A stretch of 64,000 bases of DNA from Camelus ferus. Taxonomy: Eukaryota. Made by a program: the position numbers and the translations under genes. Location of the stretch: the NCBI RefSeq assembly GCF_009834535.1, contig NC_045696.1, positions 72,790,001 to 72,854,000 of the forward strand, written 5' to 3'. Below the pieces are notes generated by a model. That model ran no database searches. It was not told the origin of the DNA and saw only the letters and a list, made by a program, of their open reading frames with translations. Below, in pieces: positions 51,275-63,849 of this stretch; the first letter of the stretch is position 1, and the number at the start of each line of letters is the position of its first letter.

Positions 51275-51410
51275 TTTTTTATTTATTTATTTATTTTCCA
51301 GTTTTATTGAGATAAATTGACCTACAGCACTGTGTAAGTGTAAGGTGACTTCCCTACACTGTGACGTGATCACCACAGTAAGTTCCACTAACATCCATTA
51401 TCCCATCTAG
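51275..51410 (-). mobile_element. L1MA-type 3' terminal fragment
   Basis: 'ttccagttttattgagataaattgacctacagcactgtgtaagtgtaaggtg...gatcaccacagtaagtt'. Confidence 0.65.
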
Positions 51411-51999
51411 TGTATGTACCTCAGTCCTAAGCTGCCTGCACCCTCCTGACCTCACCAGCTTATACGAAGCATCAATGCACTGAAGGAATCCATGGCTTGG
51501 AGGCTCCTCCCTCGTGTCTACAGTACTAAAGTTAATGCAAGGCCTGTGTTCCCAGCGGAATGCACGTGCAGTCATTCAAACTCACTGCAAGAAGGAAAAA
51601 TGTCCCTTCCACGTCCCTGCACAATGAGTGAATGGCAGTGATACTGTTCACAGCGGAACCTGGATCAATGGCCACGAGGGCTTCATATCTCAGAATGTGC
51701 TTTGAAAGGACGAACCGTTAAGAGCACAGTCCTTGACAAACTGAGCCCTTTGGACCATTGTCTCTAACACACCGACTCAGAGGAACTTGTTGCTGGTCCC
51801 AGAGCCCCCACACAGCCTTTGTTTATGCCATTTCCTCGTGAACCTGTCTGAGTCTCCAGCCTTAGGTTCCCCACATCCCGCCTGCCATGGAAGGCCCTTG
51901 GCCTCCTGGACCAGGAGTGGTGCCTTCCTGTTCTCACTCCACGTGTACCACTCAGGGCGTTTACCACTTTCTAATAATAATAGTAAAAAAACAATAACA

Positions 52000-52190
52000 A
52001 CAGTTAACGTGTATTTAGCACCTACCATGTGCCAGAGACATAGTTTAGAATAACTCTTCTAAATAGGTATGATGCCTATTTCGTACATGAGGAAATGAAG
52101 CTCAGTGAGAATAAGAAACTTACCCAAGATCCGCAGACAGTAAATGACAGAACGGCTATCTGAACCCAGAGCTCTTCAGCCTGCACTATA
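52000..52190 (-). mobile_element. MIR SINE
   Basis: 'atttagcacctaccatgtgccag...catgaggaaatgaagctcagtgag...aacttacccaagatc...tctgaacccag'. Confidence 0.75.
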
Positions 52191-54477
52191 CATTATCGTG
52201 CAACGTAAGCGATGCAGACCTTAGGCTGCACGTCATCGTCCCTCTTCTGGGTTGTAAGCTACCTGAAGATGTGATCAGTGTCTTATTCCTCTCTTATCAC
52301 CAGGAGTTTTTGTACAGCTATGACCAGAGTGGGGCCTCACTAAGGAAGGGTCACAGTAAGAGTCAGGGAGACCACGTTCTGCAAACACAAAATCCCTCAG
52401 CACTGGAACTGCTGGCTCATGCACAGACGCCTACCGTCACACTCAGCATTTGGCTCTCTCTGCCGTGTCTGCAGCAGCTTGGCAGTTCTAATATCTGACG
52501 GATTAGTGCTGATCTACACTGATTGCTCACACCTGCAATTCAAACTAACCCCTGTTCCGCTTTGTGCAATCAGCCATGCCCAGGTAAGACCATCAGCTTC
52601 CCAAATGACAGGCAAACAGAGACCCACCTGACAGGTCTGACCAGACACCTGTGAGATCTGCAAAGTGGGAAGGAAGAGGGGAGGGGAAGGTGGAATCACA
52701 AAATTAAAACACCAAATGTAAAGGTGAAGGAATGAGTGCTTCCCCTACTTCTCAGAAAGATTAGAAACTTCGTAGATGGAAAACATCAAAGGTCTCCAGC
52801 TAATGAGAGCAGAGCAGTAACTGGGGACTGGAATTTTTACAGGCATGAGGATTTGATATTTGTGTTTCTATGCACAGTAAGTAAGCTTCAGTCAGAGAAG
52901 TTAGACCTTAGATTATCTAAAGTGCCAAACAGAATTGGGCTTTGATTTCCAGCACTGCCTCCACCCAGCGGGCTCTAGACACCTTTGCTAACATTGTCCT
53001 GATAATCCTCAAGGCATCGCCTTCTGGAGGTGAGGGGTTTGGATGGAAAAATGCAGTCCTTGCAGGCCTACGACAATTCACACAAGGCATTATAGCAAGG
53101 CCAGAAAAATACATGCGTTCTTTTTGATGAAAAGAGTCCAATTTTGTTTTCCATTCTGAATTTCTACTAAGTCTTAGTTTTCAATATGTAATAACTAGCA
53201 GCAGATGAATGATACAGATCTACATATAGGTAGGCATGAATGTATATATGTACATATATGTTTCTTTTGTTAATGATCATAGTCACAGAAATAAAAGCCA
53301 CGTCCCCCTTCATCACAGCACTCATCCCCAGTACCCTTGGTAATAGTGCCTGCTCAAGGGAACAGTAGTTAAATCCTGAGCGACTGGAATGGTTCCAGTT
53401 ACAACCATAAATAATCAGATTTTGATTTGTTTCCTTTTCTGGGGAAAAAAATTCTTCTGATTTTTCTAAGTATCAGATTTTTGTACTATAAGTTTCCCTG
53501 AATTTGTTCAAGCCGTATGACTGTTCTTCAAGGCATAAAAGAAGAAATAACAGAAAGACAAAGTTGAAAGCCTTGTTCGAGTTTAAAGGCATTATTTTCC
53601 AAATAGAGCCAAATACAAAAGCTATCCATAACAATTTCTTATGTAATAAATCACCGTTTTTCTTGCTGCTGTTGTTTCTTATTACATTGAACCAGGGGAA
53701 TTTTTTTTTTTTAATTCAGGGTTTAGTTTGGGGCTTGATGTGCTTATAAACATATAAGTTCTGACTACTTCTTAGGCCAGTTAGAGGCAGCAGTCCTGGA
53801 AGCAGCTTCCATTCCCCCCAAAAAACATTCCACAAACTTTCACTAAAGATAGAAGGATGCAACAAACAGGATCTTCTCATGTCCTTTTCCCATTCTCCTC
53901 TTCAGTGCAGTTATACATCCTTTCTTGTGGTATCTGTACAGTGTTATTATTATATTAGCCAGATAGTCAAAGTTGGCTGGGGGAGATGTATTTGAACTTG
54001 AGTGGTTCCAAGTTCCAGTGAGAATGCTAAAGCTTGGCTCTACATGACACACACTCCCTTCTGGCCAAGTCCTGAGCCAACCCGGATGATGTGCAAACAT
54101 GCTTCGGGGGTGAGGGTTTGCCTCAACCTGAGAGAGTGAAATCTAGGGCTTTCTCCATGGGTAATCACACCAGACGAAACGGTCGGGTGAAACTCCGGAA
54201 GACGGAGTCTCCCGTGACTCTCCCCTTTCTCGATGTATCTGTTTCTATTAAGCAGAGGAAGCAAAGAGGCTCAAGGAGCCAAACCACCAGCCTGGCACCA
54301 TTTGACAGAAGAAGCCACTGGAAACCCAAGCACATCACCTTCCTGCACCCTGTTCTTCTTTTTTTTCCTGCCCCTGGGTCCTTTTGAGAAAGAACAACAA
54401 AAAGTTACCAGTTGTTACATGTATTAAGCAACCATGTGCCAGATTCTGTAGCACGTGACCTTTACTTTCAGAAGATG

Positions 54478-54670
54478 GCATAGGGCAGGGTTAAGTCCTG
54501 GTCTTAAGACTGCCTGGGTTAAAATTCCGCTTACTGCTTCTGCGCTGTTTGACTTTCCATGTCTCAGTTACCTCTTCTGTGATCACAGATCCTTCCTCGT
54601 GAGGTTTCTGTGAGAATTAAGTGCTGGTAAGATGCTCAGTACAGTGTCTGGTAAGTGCTCGATACAAACT
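54478..54670 (+). mobile_element. MIR SINE nested in an opposite-strand MIR (approx. 54415-54965)
   Basis: 'agactgcctgggttaaaattcc...tgtctcagttacctcttctgt...tgtgagaattaa...cagtgtctggtaagtgctc'. Confidence 0.7.
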
Positions 54671-54757
54671 GGATGCTGTCGTCATACAATCCTGGGAGGT
54701 AGGTATTATCAGCACCATGTCATAGGTGAAAAGACAGACTCAAATTGGGTTATTCTG

Positions 54758-54882
54758 ATGGTTCTCAAAGTCTGGTCCCTGGGCACTTGCTAGCCCAACC
54801 CAGCACTTACTGAATCAGCAATCTGTGTCTACACATAGCCCTCTAGGGGATTCTAATGCATGCTAAAATCTGAGAACAACCA
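54758..54882. mobile_element. MER5-type hAT-Charlie non-autonomous DNA transposon
   Basis: Ends 'tggttctcaaagt' and 'tctgagaacaacc' form degenerate TIRs; internal 'tactgaatcagcaatctgtg...ggggattctaatgcatgctaaaa'. Confidence 0.75.
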
Positions 54883-56699
54883 GATAAATCAGCTTGCCCA
54901 ATGTTATATGGCTTTTAAGGAATGAAACCAAGATTGTCTGATTTAAAAGCCTATGTTCTTTCTACTAAACATGTTGTAAATTCAGTCCCAGACAGGAATT
55001 AAGTGCTTTCCCTCATGGCTTTGACCACACATTACTGGGATAATGTCCTCATTTCTCTATATTCCCAAACATGGATTTCTTTTTTGTCAATGCAGCAACC
55101 CCTGCCTCAGCTCTGCTATGAAAACTTCATTTCTTTTTCCCCAAATCTATGACTTTTATACAGCAGTAAAATCCTGAGGGTGGCGAGAGTTAGGGTGAAA
55201 TGTTGTACAGGGACCAGAAAAACTCATTATTTTGGTTGGTGACATTTTCACCCAGAATTATCAAATGTGTGATTAAAACTAGAAATAGAGGTAATTGACG
55301 TCTAATTTTTCTTTCTACCTCCAGGACTGAGAAGGGCACAAGAATATATTCACTTAAGAATAAGTACAAATAAAATTCAGTCTAAAATGACTATCTAAAT
55401 GTTAGATTATCCATCCAGTCTAAAAACAACTCTCCAGATGTAAGAAGTACTGTAATTAACTGCCACTTGGTCATCAATAACTAAGCTAAAGCTGCCTGCT
55501 GATCTCCTCCCAAAGCCATGACTTTAGAGAGGTAACTATCCCCCTCGAAAAGCTACTGCAGATATATCTTACTCCCAGAGTCCAGATACCTTGCCAATTA
55601 ATGTAAGCCAAGTGTCTTACCTACTTTATCCTCCTCCTCCACTTGCCACGAACAGCCTTCTTTTGTCAGTAAAGGATTCCTGAATAGAAACGTCTATTCT
55701 GTGACCTTACAAAATTCAGATGTGCTCTGTTATGTTCTAGTCTCACAGCGACTGTCCTCAGATTTGGGATGTCCTATTTCCTGTTTAGTTGTTTAAGACT
55801 GTCTTCCTTCCAAGCTGATCAATCTCGGGTGCCTGGAGTGAAGGCCATGAGGCCATGTAATATTAAGGCACCAAGAAAACTTCAATAAGTGGTTTAATGT
55901 ATTTGCAGTGCCCAAAATTAGAACAGCTTCCTTTTTCTTTGATTTGACAGTGATTTTTGTGCTATAATTTACAGTTCTTCCCCCTCTAACAACTTGAGTT
56001 AATTTCTACTCTGAAAAAAGACGCAAAGAAGCGAAGGTAAAGCTACGGATTGAGATAGATCTGGGTAGGTAAAGTGCCCTGGTGAAGCAAGGCTGGATCT
56101 CTTCGTGGTTGTTGGCAGGGATTGAGGCATCGCTGGAGGGCGAGCATCCCAGCAGTGGCAGCTGAAGAACTGAAGAATGTGGAGACATGTTCCTCAGTGG
56201 TGACAGGTGGAGGGGCTCGGGAGTGGACGGCCTCCAAGACATAAGATAAAAGAAGAACCAGAGGACTATGTTGACCAATTAAGTTTCCCCTCCTGCCAGA
56301 GCTACTTAATATGCTATATCCTTCCCAGCACCCTGAAAATAAGGCAATTTCTTTGGAATATGCATTACACGTACATGTCTTTATATACGTATAATGAAAT
56401 ATTTGTATATGCCATCCAGAGTTACAAGTATTATTTTTTTGTCTTATAGGTAATTCCTGTGTAAATATATATAATATAACCATCACATTTAGGCATTGAT
56501 TAAATAATGAGAAGATGAAAAGTGAAAAGTTAAGTGTTAACCTTTACATTGGGAAGTCAGTGTTAACCTTCCTGGATCACTATGTAACCTTTAGCATTAT
56601 TAAAATCTTGCTTCAACCACAGTATATTATTTAAATCTTGTAACTTGATGAGATTACATACCTAGCAGGGTGTTTTCTGTTTCTGTTCAGTCACTCATT

Positions 56700-57250
56700 C
56701 ATTCAATTAATACTGTTAACTATGTGCCAGATTTTTTTCCTAAGTTTTAAAAACTTGTTTTCACATGTAATTGCTACATAGTTGTATTCAAAGCTTAAAT
56801 GTAAGTCCACATTCAATGTTTTTCATTGTTTTCAAACATTTTTTAGGTCTTATGACTTTTGGTTGCTGCAGAATGTTCCATTTATCTGCCAGACTGTAAC
56901 ATCATTAGACAATTCTTGGGCATCTAAATGATGCATTGGCATTGGCAGTAACACTGTAATAAACATTTTTGTACATAAAACTCTTCTCTTCCTTTGAATT
57001 ATTTCTTTACATTAAATTCCTTCAATAAGTCAGGGAACTGAATTTTTTTGAACAGCTATTGCATTCCAAAAGACTTGAAGAATTCACACTTTCATCTAAA
57101 ATGTAAGGATATACCAACTTCCCTAAAATTTTGCAAGCGCTTGAATAGTCACTTTACAAATGTTTATTATTTAAAGCAGCACCTCCTTTTTCTTTTAGCT
57201 TTGCACTTCTATAACTTGGGAGGTTAAATGTTTTCTCCTGCTTTTCAAAA
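56700..57250 (-). mobile_element. Old L1ME-like fragment
   Basis: 'taacactgtaataaacatttttgtacataaa...attatttctttacattaaattcct' antisense L1 pattern; highly diverged. Confidence 0.45.
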
Positions 57251-57880
57251 CATGCTTACTACTCTGGAATTATCTACAATAGGGGTGTGCGAAGAGCATC
57301 AATGCCAACACTAAACACGGACCAAACACACAGTGAGTGTTGGGTTCTGAATTAGGTATGTGTGCAAATATTCCTGTGAAGGTTACAACAGGACCATACT
57401 GGGGGGACTGTGAGCTGGGAAGTCCATCCAACCTTCGGTTTTTCTTTCACTGACCAGCTAGGAAAACCTGGACCTGAAGTTGAATGTCTAGATGACTGCA
57501 ATAATGATATGAAACATTCAAGGCTGTAGCGAGAAGTAAACAATTCTGAGGTAGAGACTGTGTCCCTAGGACATAGCACAGTGCCTCATATGCAGTAGGT
57601 GCCCAATAAATGTGACCTCAGTCAAGTCCCAATAACACAAGAAGTACTCAGTAAATGGTAAGTGTTACGATAGTTTCCCTGATCTCCTGGGACTAATAAC
57701 CTGGATGAGACAAAAAGACATGATGATAAAATCATAGTAAGTTCTTCATACAGATATTTATACAGGGAGGCGTTCAGTATAGAAATAGTCCGTACTGGGA
57801 GAATGCAAAGGACTCTTGACAGAGGTGGGGGGACAAAAGTAACCACCATGACTTAGTTCATCTGATTAAAACGGGAGTGT

Positions 57881-58118
57881 CTAGAACAGACAACTCTATG
57901 GGGACAGAAAGTATGCTAATGCTTGCACGGGCCTGGGGAAGGCAGGAATAGGAAGTAACTACTAATAGGCGTGGGGTTCCTTTCTGAGGTGATAAAAATA
58001 TTCTAAAATTTGATAGTGGTGATGGTTGCACAACTTTGTAAATGTACTAAAAGCCACAAAATTGTACATTTTAAAAAGTGAATTTTTATGGTATATGAAT
58101 TACACCTAAATAAAAAAA
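57881..58118 (+). mobile_element. L1MB-type 3' end
   Basis: 'ggtgataaaaatattctaaaatttgatagtggtgatggttgcacaactttgtaaatgtactaaaagccac...gtatatgaattacacctaaataaa'. Confidence 0.85.
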
Positions 58119-58751
58119 TAGGAAGTGTGTTATTTTCTGTGTCTTGTAATTTAGAATCCATGTCAATTAACCAAATTCTGAGGCAAGATTAAATGAGGAA
58201 TTCATGCAAAATCTCTAATATTCCATTTTTGCAGGTGATTGAGCCCCAAATTCAGAAATTAGGGGATTGGTTGAATAAACTTTGGTACCAGTTGGCCCTG
58301 TCATCAAGAAGAAAACGTGGACATCTCTCGTTATCCTTCCCTGCCCCTAAATTAGCTACTACTTAGTTACCTTGAACATCAAGGGTATAAAGATTACTGT
58401 TGTCAGCTTTCCTGGGTCTGTTTAATACCAAACAGTGCCTTAGAAGCTGTTGAGAGTGTATTCATAACTCATGAGCAGCAGATGACAAAGCCTCACTGCT
58501 ACTCACTACCAGGGCTGGTTATTCTTGGGGAAGAAACAGGAGAGATGCCTTTTAGGGTCCCCTCGCCAAAAGGCAAAAGAAAGTGGGAATACCACCAAAC
58601 TGTTTGTTTCTACTTTATCATTACTCTTGTTTCTGATGCTGCCCTTTGAGATATCTTGTTATTTTTCTCTTGCCCTTCAAAATGTCTGAACTAACAATTC
58701 ATTATCGCACAGTTATTTCAGTATCGTATGGGCAAAGAGTGGGTGGGTATC

Positions 58752-59560
58752 TGTTATACTGTGATTTGTAATAAAAAAAAATACATGTTTGATCTTTGTC
58801 CAGTTTCTGGAATTTCCTAAGTGATAAGAACAATAAAGGTGACTTTTTTGTTATGTTAATGAGGTGACTTTTGGACCACAGTTAAAGACAGGATGGGGCT
58901 CCATTGCTGGGAAGTGGGTAGTTGGCTGACGTTGGGCAGAAAACACGTGATTGGAGGAGTTGCAGCTTTTAGTTCCACCTTCTGTCCAGGGGAAGAGAGA
59001 GGGGCTGGGGATTGAGTCAATTTACCAATGGCAAGTGATTTAATCAGTCGTGCCTATGTAATGAAGCCTCTGTAAAAACCAAAGGACAGGGTTCAGACAG
59101 CTTCTGGGTGAACACGTGGAGATTTGGGGAGGGTGGTGTGCTCTGAAAGGGCATGGAAGCTCTGTGCCTCCTTCTCCATACCTTGCCCTATATGTCTCTT
59201 CCCTCTGGCTGTTCCTGTGTTATATCCCTTTACAACAAACTAGAAATCTATTAAGAAAAACATTTCTCTGAGTTCTGTAAGCCCCTTTAGCAAATTAATT
59301 GAACCCAAGGAGGAGGTCATGAGAACCTCTGATTTGTAGCAACCAGTCAATCAGAAGCAAAGGTAGCAACCTGGACTTGCTGCCTGCTCTCTGAAGTAGA
59401 GGCCAGTCTTGTGGGTCTGAACCCTTAATCTGTGGAATCTGATGCTATCTCTGGGTAGATGGCGTCCAAAATATATTGAGTTGAGTTATAGGACACCTAG
59501 CTATTGTCAGAGAATTGCTTGGTGTTGGGGGGGAAACCCACACTTTGGAACTGGGTGGGG
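58752..59560 (+). mobile_element. MER21-like ERVL solo LTR
   Basis: 'tgttatactgtgatttgtaataa...ggaatttcctaagtgata', 'gatttaatcagtcgtgcctatgtaatgaagcct', 'tctgagttctgtaagccc...caaattaattgaacccaaggagg'. Confidence 0.85.
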
Positions 59561-62021
59561 GACCCTTAGGATCATATACCCCAAACAACTACATGTAGTT
59601 TAATCTTTTTATGATTTGTATTAGTCTGTGTCAAATATAGTTTTTCTGCTAAAAATTCAAGAGACAGTATGAAATATATTCCAAATTTATAATAGATTGT
59701 GTGAGCAATCACATGCAGAATGTAATTGTGTGACTATACACACATCACATATATCACACACTGTGTCAAACAACAGATTGCAATGTGTTAAGCATTAACT
59801 TATCCTAAAATTGTTCAGTAATAAATGAAAAATGTGGTTTGGCCCCATGCTGTGTGGTTTCTTTTGCCACACGCTCTCCAGCTGTTACCTGTTGGATCGC
59901 GCTCAGAATACCTGGCTAGATGCTCTCAGAGTTATCAATCAAACACGGGGGAGTTCAAGTCTGGCCTGGGTTTCCTGCTTGAGCCAACAGGAAGTAAAAA
60001 TGAGTCCTCTGCTATTTTGTCCTATTTGAAAGTTTAAAAAAAAATCTTAATATATATGGGAAGGAAAACAGCCTTCTACTAAAACAATGGGTGAAACCTA
60101 CTCAATAATTAATGACTTAAAATGTCAAATAAGCACGCTAGATTTTTTTCCCCTTAACGAACTCAAGGAGTTTAATTTTAAATTGCATCTGTCAGAGGGG
60201 AATAAACACAGCAAATACATTTGTACTCAGTTGAATCTGAGGGTTGGTGGAGTCAAAAGTAATGGAGAAAATAAATCCACATTGCCTTGTTTCCATTTTA
60301 TTGTAGGCCATAGATTACAGCGAGTGGTTCTTTTGCCAGAAGTTTCTTTCAACTCTTGCTACCTAACAAAAGGAAGCTTATCCTTAAGGAGTCAAGATCT
60401 GGGAAAGAAGGTTAATCTGCTCCGATCAAGATCCTCTCCCCATTTTATTCTCATTTTTGTATCTTTAAACTCTTCCGAGCTGTATTTCTCCCTGCCCAAA
60501 CATGGTAAAGATGAAATGGCCTTTTAAGACTAGAACACTCAGGAAGCCAAGGGAGTGATGTAAGGCATTGGTTCCAGGAGTGAACAGATGAGGTTCTTAG
60601 GAGGAGGTTATCCCAAATTTGTGCTCTTCCAGAACAGTCGTTTCTCCTAGGAAAACCTGGTGCTTGCGTGGAGAGAGACTACCCCTGTCTTCCTCCTCCT
60701 GTTCTTTCTCTTCCGTCCTCCGTCCCACAGCTCAAAAGGGCGGCTGGGGAAAGAATTCAAGGAAGGGAAAGCCCTCAGAGTAAGAAAATGCTTACAGAAA
60801 ACCTTCATCTGATGTGGCTGAGTTTCTATAGTGGAAGAGAAAAACAAACAAACAAATTGCCCTGTGGCATCAAAGAACCCAGGATTTAAAAACTGGCTTA
60901 TTCACTCTTGAAGAGATTACTTAACCCTGTAGGCCTCAGTTTCCTGATCTATTAAATGGTATAAAACATTTGCTGTTGCTGATTTTCTGTGAGGAAAGTA
61001 TATGACACAGGATAAGTGCTTAGTAAACACTGCAGCCTTCCTGTGTGTGCTTGGTGTGTGTAAGTGTTGGGGCAGGGGGTACCTAGGTGGGTGAATGGAT
61101 GCCTCTAGCCTCTGCACAGGTGAAGTGCCCAATGAGTGTGCTGGTCACCCCAAAAGCAGTTACAGTCCTTGAGGCACACTTTTTGAAGGAGGATAGCAAG
61201 ATCTCGATTAAAAATGTCAGGTGGTGGCAGCTTGTTTAGGGATCACTCCATAATACTCTGAGGGCTTCCTTTAAATCAGGACATCGTAGAAATACTAGCA
61301 AATTTTTTAGATGGATCAGTTTCACAGTGTAGAACAAATTGTATGAAATTTTGACATACACTTAGCTATAATTAGGCATGTAATAATATATAATACATAT
61401 TTTCCAATTATAATGCAGCCTTTACTGATACAAAGATGGCAAAAATGAAATGAAGTGAAAAACTACATAACAAGATGAAAGTAGAACAAAATGCAAATTA
61501 GATTAGAACAGCATTCCCAGCCACATTTAAGTTACAGAACTGTACAGTTTCCAGTTTGAAGCCCCCTCGATGATCATGCAATCTAGCTAAACATCCAAAG
61601 CATATTATCCCTTTAAACGCACATGAGAATTAGGGTCACTTCCAGTTTCTCATTTCGCAGATCAATTTTTTTAAGTATTTTATTCAGATTTAGTACGTCT
61701 ATCCACACATAAAGATACATTTATATAAATATTTATGCACATTATGCCCTTTCAGTCCACTTTTTCCCTCTTACACTCTGGCCCGTTCCTGCCCTCTTCC
61801 ACCCACAACAGCACCACCCAGCAAAGTAACCCTCATTAACAGCTTCACATAGACCTCTTCATAGGTTCCTCCAGGCTTGCTTAAATAGTCCCAGACAACA
61901 GATACACACACATATACACACATTCATACATGGGGCTTTTTTCCTTTCCATTATTTGTTTTACAGAAATGGAAACATCTTCACACAATATGCAAGAATGG
62001 TCTATACAGATTTGGTTCAAT

Positions 62022-62098
62022 TTTTTTTAAAGGATTTTTTAAAATTATTTATTTATTTTGGGGGCAGGAGGTCATTAGGTCTATTTATTTATTATCAG

Positions 62099-62134
<36 letters not shown>

Positions 62135-62205
62135 TACATCGAGGTCCTGGGGATTGAACCCAGGAGACTAAGCATGTGCTCTACCACTGAGCTATACCCT
62201 CCCCC
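62022..62205 (-). mobile_element. tRNA-Ala-derived SINE (vic-1 type) with internal deletion and (GTT)12
   Basis: 'ggtcctggggattgaacccaggagactaagcatgtgctctaccactgagctataccctcccc'; TSD agatttggttcaat (62008-62021) / agattcagctcaat (62207-62220). Confidence 0.88.
62098..62133 (+). repeat. (GTT)12 microsatellite
   Basis: Read directly. Confidence 0.97.
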
Positions 62206-63469
62206 TAGATTCAGCTCAATCTTTATCTACCTTCTACATCTAAAATGAACAGTTTTATAATGTTTGACCTATGACCAGAAAAATAAGCTAATACACTTTA
62301 AAAATATTTTCAAAAGCAAAGATGAAAAAAATGGATTTTATAGGGCAGTCTTTAGTTAACTTGGTGATTTGCACATAGCACTTTTTCAGTAACACCTTGT
62401 CTTTGAAACCAATTCTAGTTTTTACTAAGCTCATTTTTTTTCTCTTTGGTGCCTGCTGTTTGAAGTACTGCTCTGTCTCCAAGGGTGACTTTTCAGAGGC
62501 TTCTGGGTAAAAGTTTTGGCCAAGACGGGTGTATGTTCTAGGGGGAATGGGCACGTATACACTGAAAGCCAAAGGAAAGAGTGCAAACAGCATGATGGGT
62601 CACTGTCAATGGATGTTTAGTTGTCGAAAAAAATGAGTCAGAGTTTCCACCTCACAGGAGAACACCAACAGCCACTCCTTAATGTCTCCATCACCAAGAT
62701 TCTTAATGTCTTTGTGGCTTGGTGTGACAGGAAAAGCCCTCAACAAAGTAATGAGGCCTTGAGTCTCCCAGCCCACAGCACAGAGCCTCCCTTCCTTTCC
62801 CAGGTTCCCAGTGCCCCAGGGGTCTCATCCTCATCCGCCACTAAAACTGCTTCAAAGAAAAAGCCAGAGGGACACGGTCACACTAAGATGATATTATAAG
62901 TGAATAAGAGAGCTTCAACATGATACCTGCCAGGATTGTTTGCCTTCTTATAGAAACCCAAGCATTATTTTTTAAAATATTCCAACAATAAGATTGTTGT
63001 TGGAGACAACAGAAACACAGGAAGAGGGCTTTCCCAGTGCTCCTGAATGCACACGGAAGCCCCCATACTGAGATGGCCCCCATGTTCCTCCAACTAACGA
63101 GGTAAAATTGTTCTTCATCTGCTAGGAAGCTCCAATTCTTATTAAAGAAACCAGGACAGTGCAAGAAATACTAGGGAAGACCAGCGGGGTTACACTGAAT
63201 CTTAAGAGATGCATTCTCTATAAATAAACCACTGTAGATATGGACTGAGCCTGGAAGGGCCATGGTAGCAATGCGTGCTTAGGATGGTGGAAGGAGGGAA
63301 GTACTCTATCAATTCAGAAAATCAGAGGACAATTTCATTACATGGAATCACTATTAAGCAAATAAAATGGTTTGAGGGAAAGAAAAAATAGAGAGAGAGA
63401 TGGCCCTGAGAACCCATTACAAAGAGCACAGGACAGGGACTTAAGGAAACCTGTGGGTTTGGTTACAGC

Positions 63470-63605
63470 TCGGCCATGTACAAACACAGGGACTTAACAG
63501 GTCACTTCTCTTGTCTGGGTCCCAGTTTCCTCATTTGTGAAATAAAGGTCTTGTACTAGATGACTTTAAGTTCACATCCATCTCCAACATCCTGGAATTC
63601 TGTGA
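63470..63605 (+). mobile_element. MIR (MIR3/MIRc-like) fragment
   Basis: 'tctgggtcccagtttcctcatttgtgaaataaagg..tgtactagatgactttaag...attctgtgatt'. Confidence 0.65.
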
Positions 63606-63849
63606 TTACAACAGGCCCTTCTAAGTGGACCACATTATCATCTGGACTTAAAAGAGGTTGCAAGCTTGCCACAGTACCATAAAGGAGGACTTCTTGGCAA
63701 ATCCAGAATGGAAAGTCTCTCCTATGCCTAGAACCTCCCCACCCTGTCAACTCCCCTCCCTCTTAAGGTGAAGAAACATGGCTCAAGGAAAATTTTAGCT
63801 CCAGTTCCATACATGTGTTGATCAGTTGCTTGACTTCTCATAAGACTCT

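Noticed and set aside
63075..63115. Short minus-strand exon candidate (NWSFLADEEQFYL, donor GTTAGT)
   Set aside because: Weak sites and out of phase with the long open frame after the 62561 acceptor
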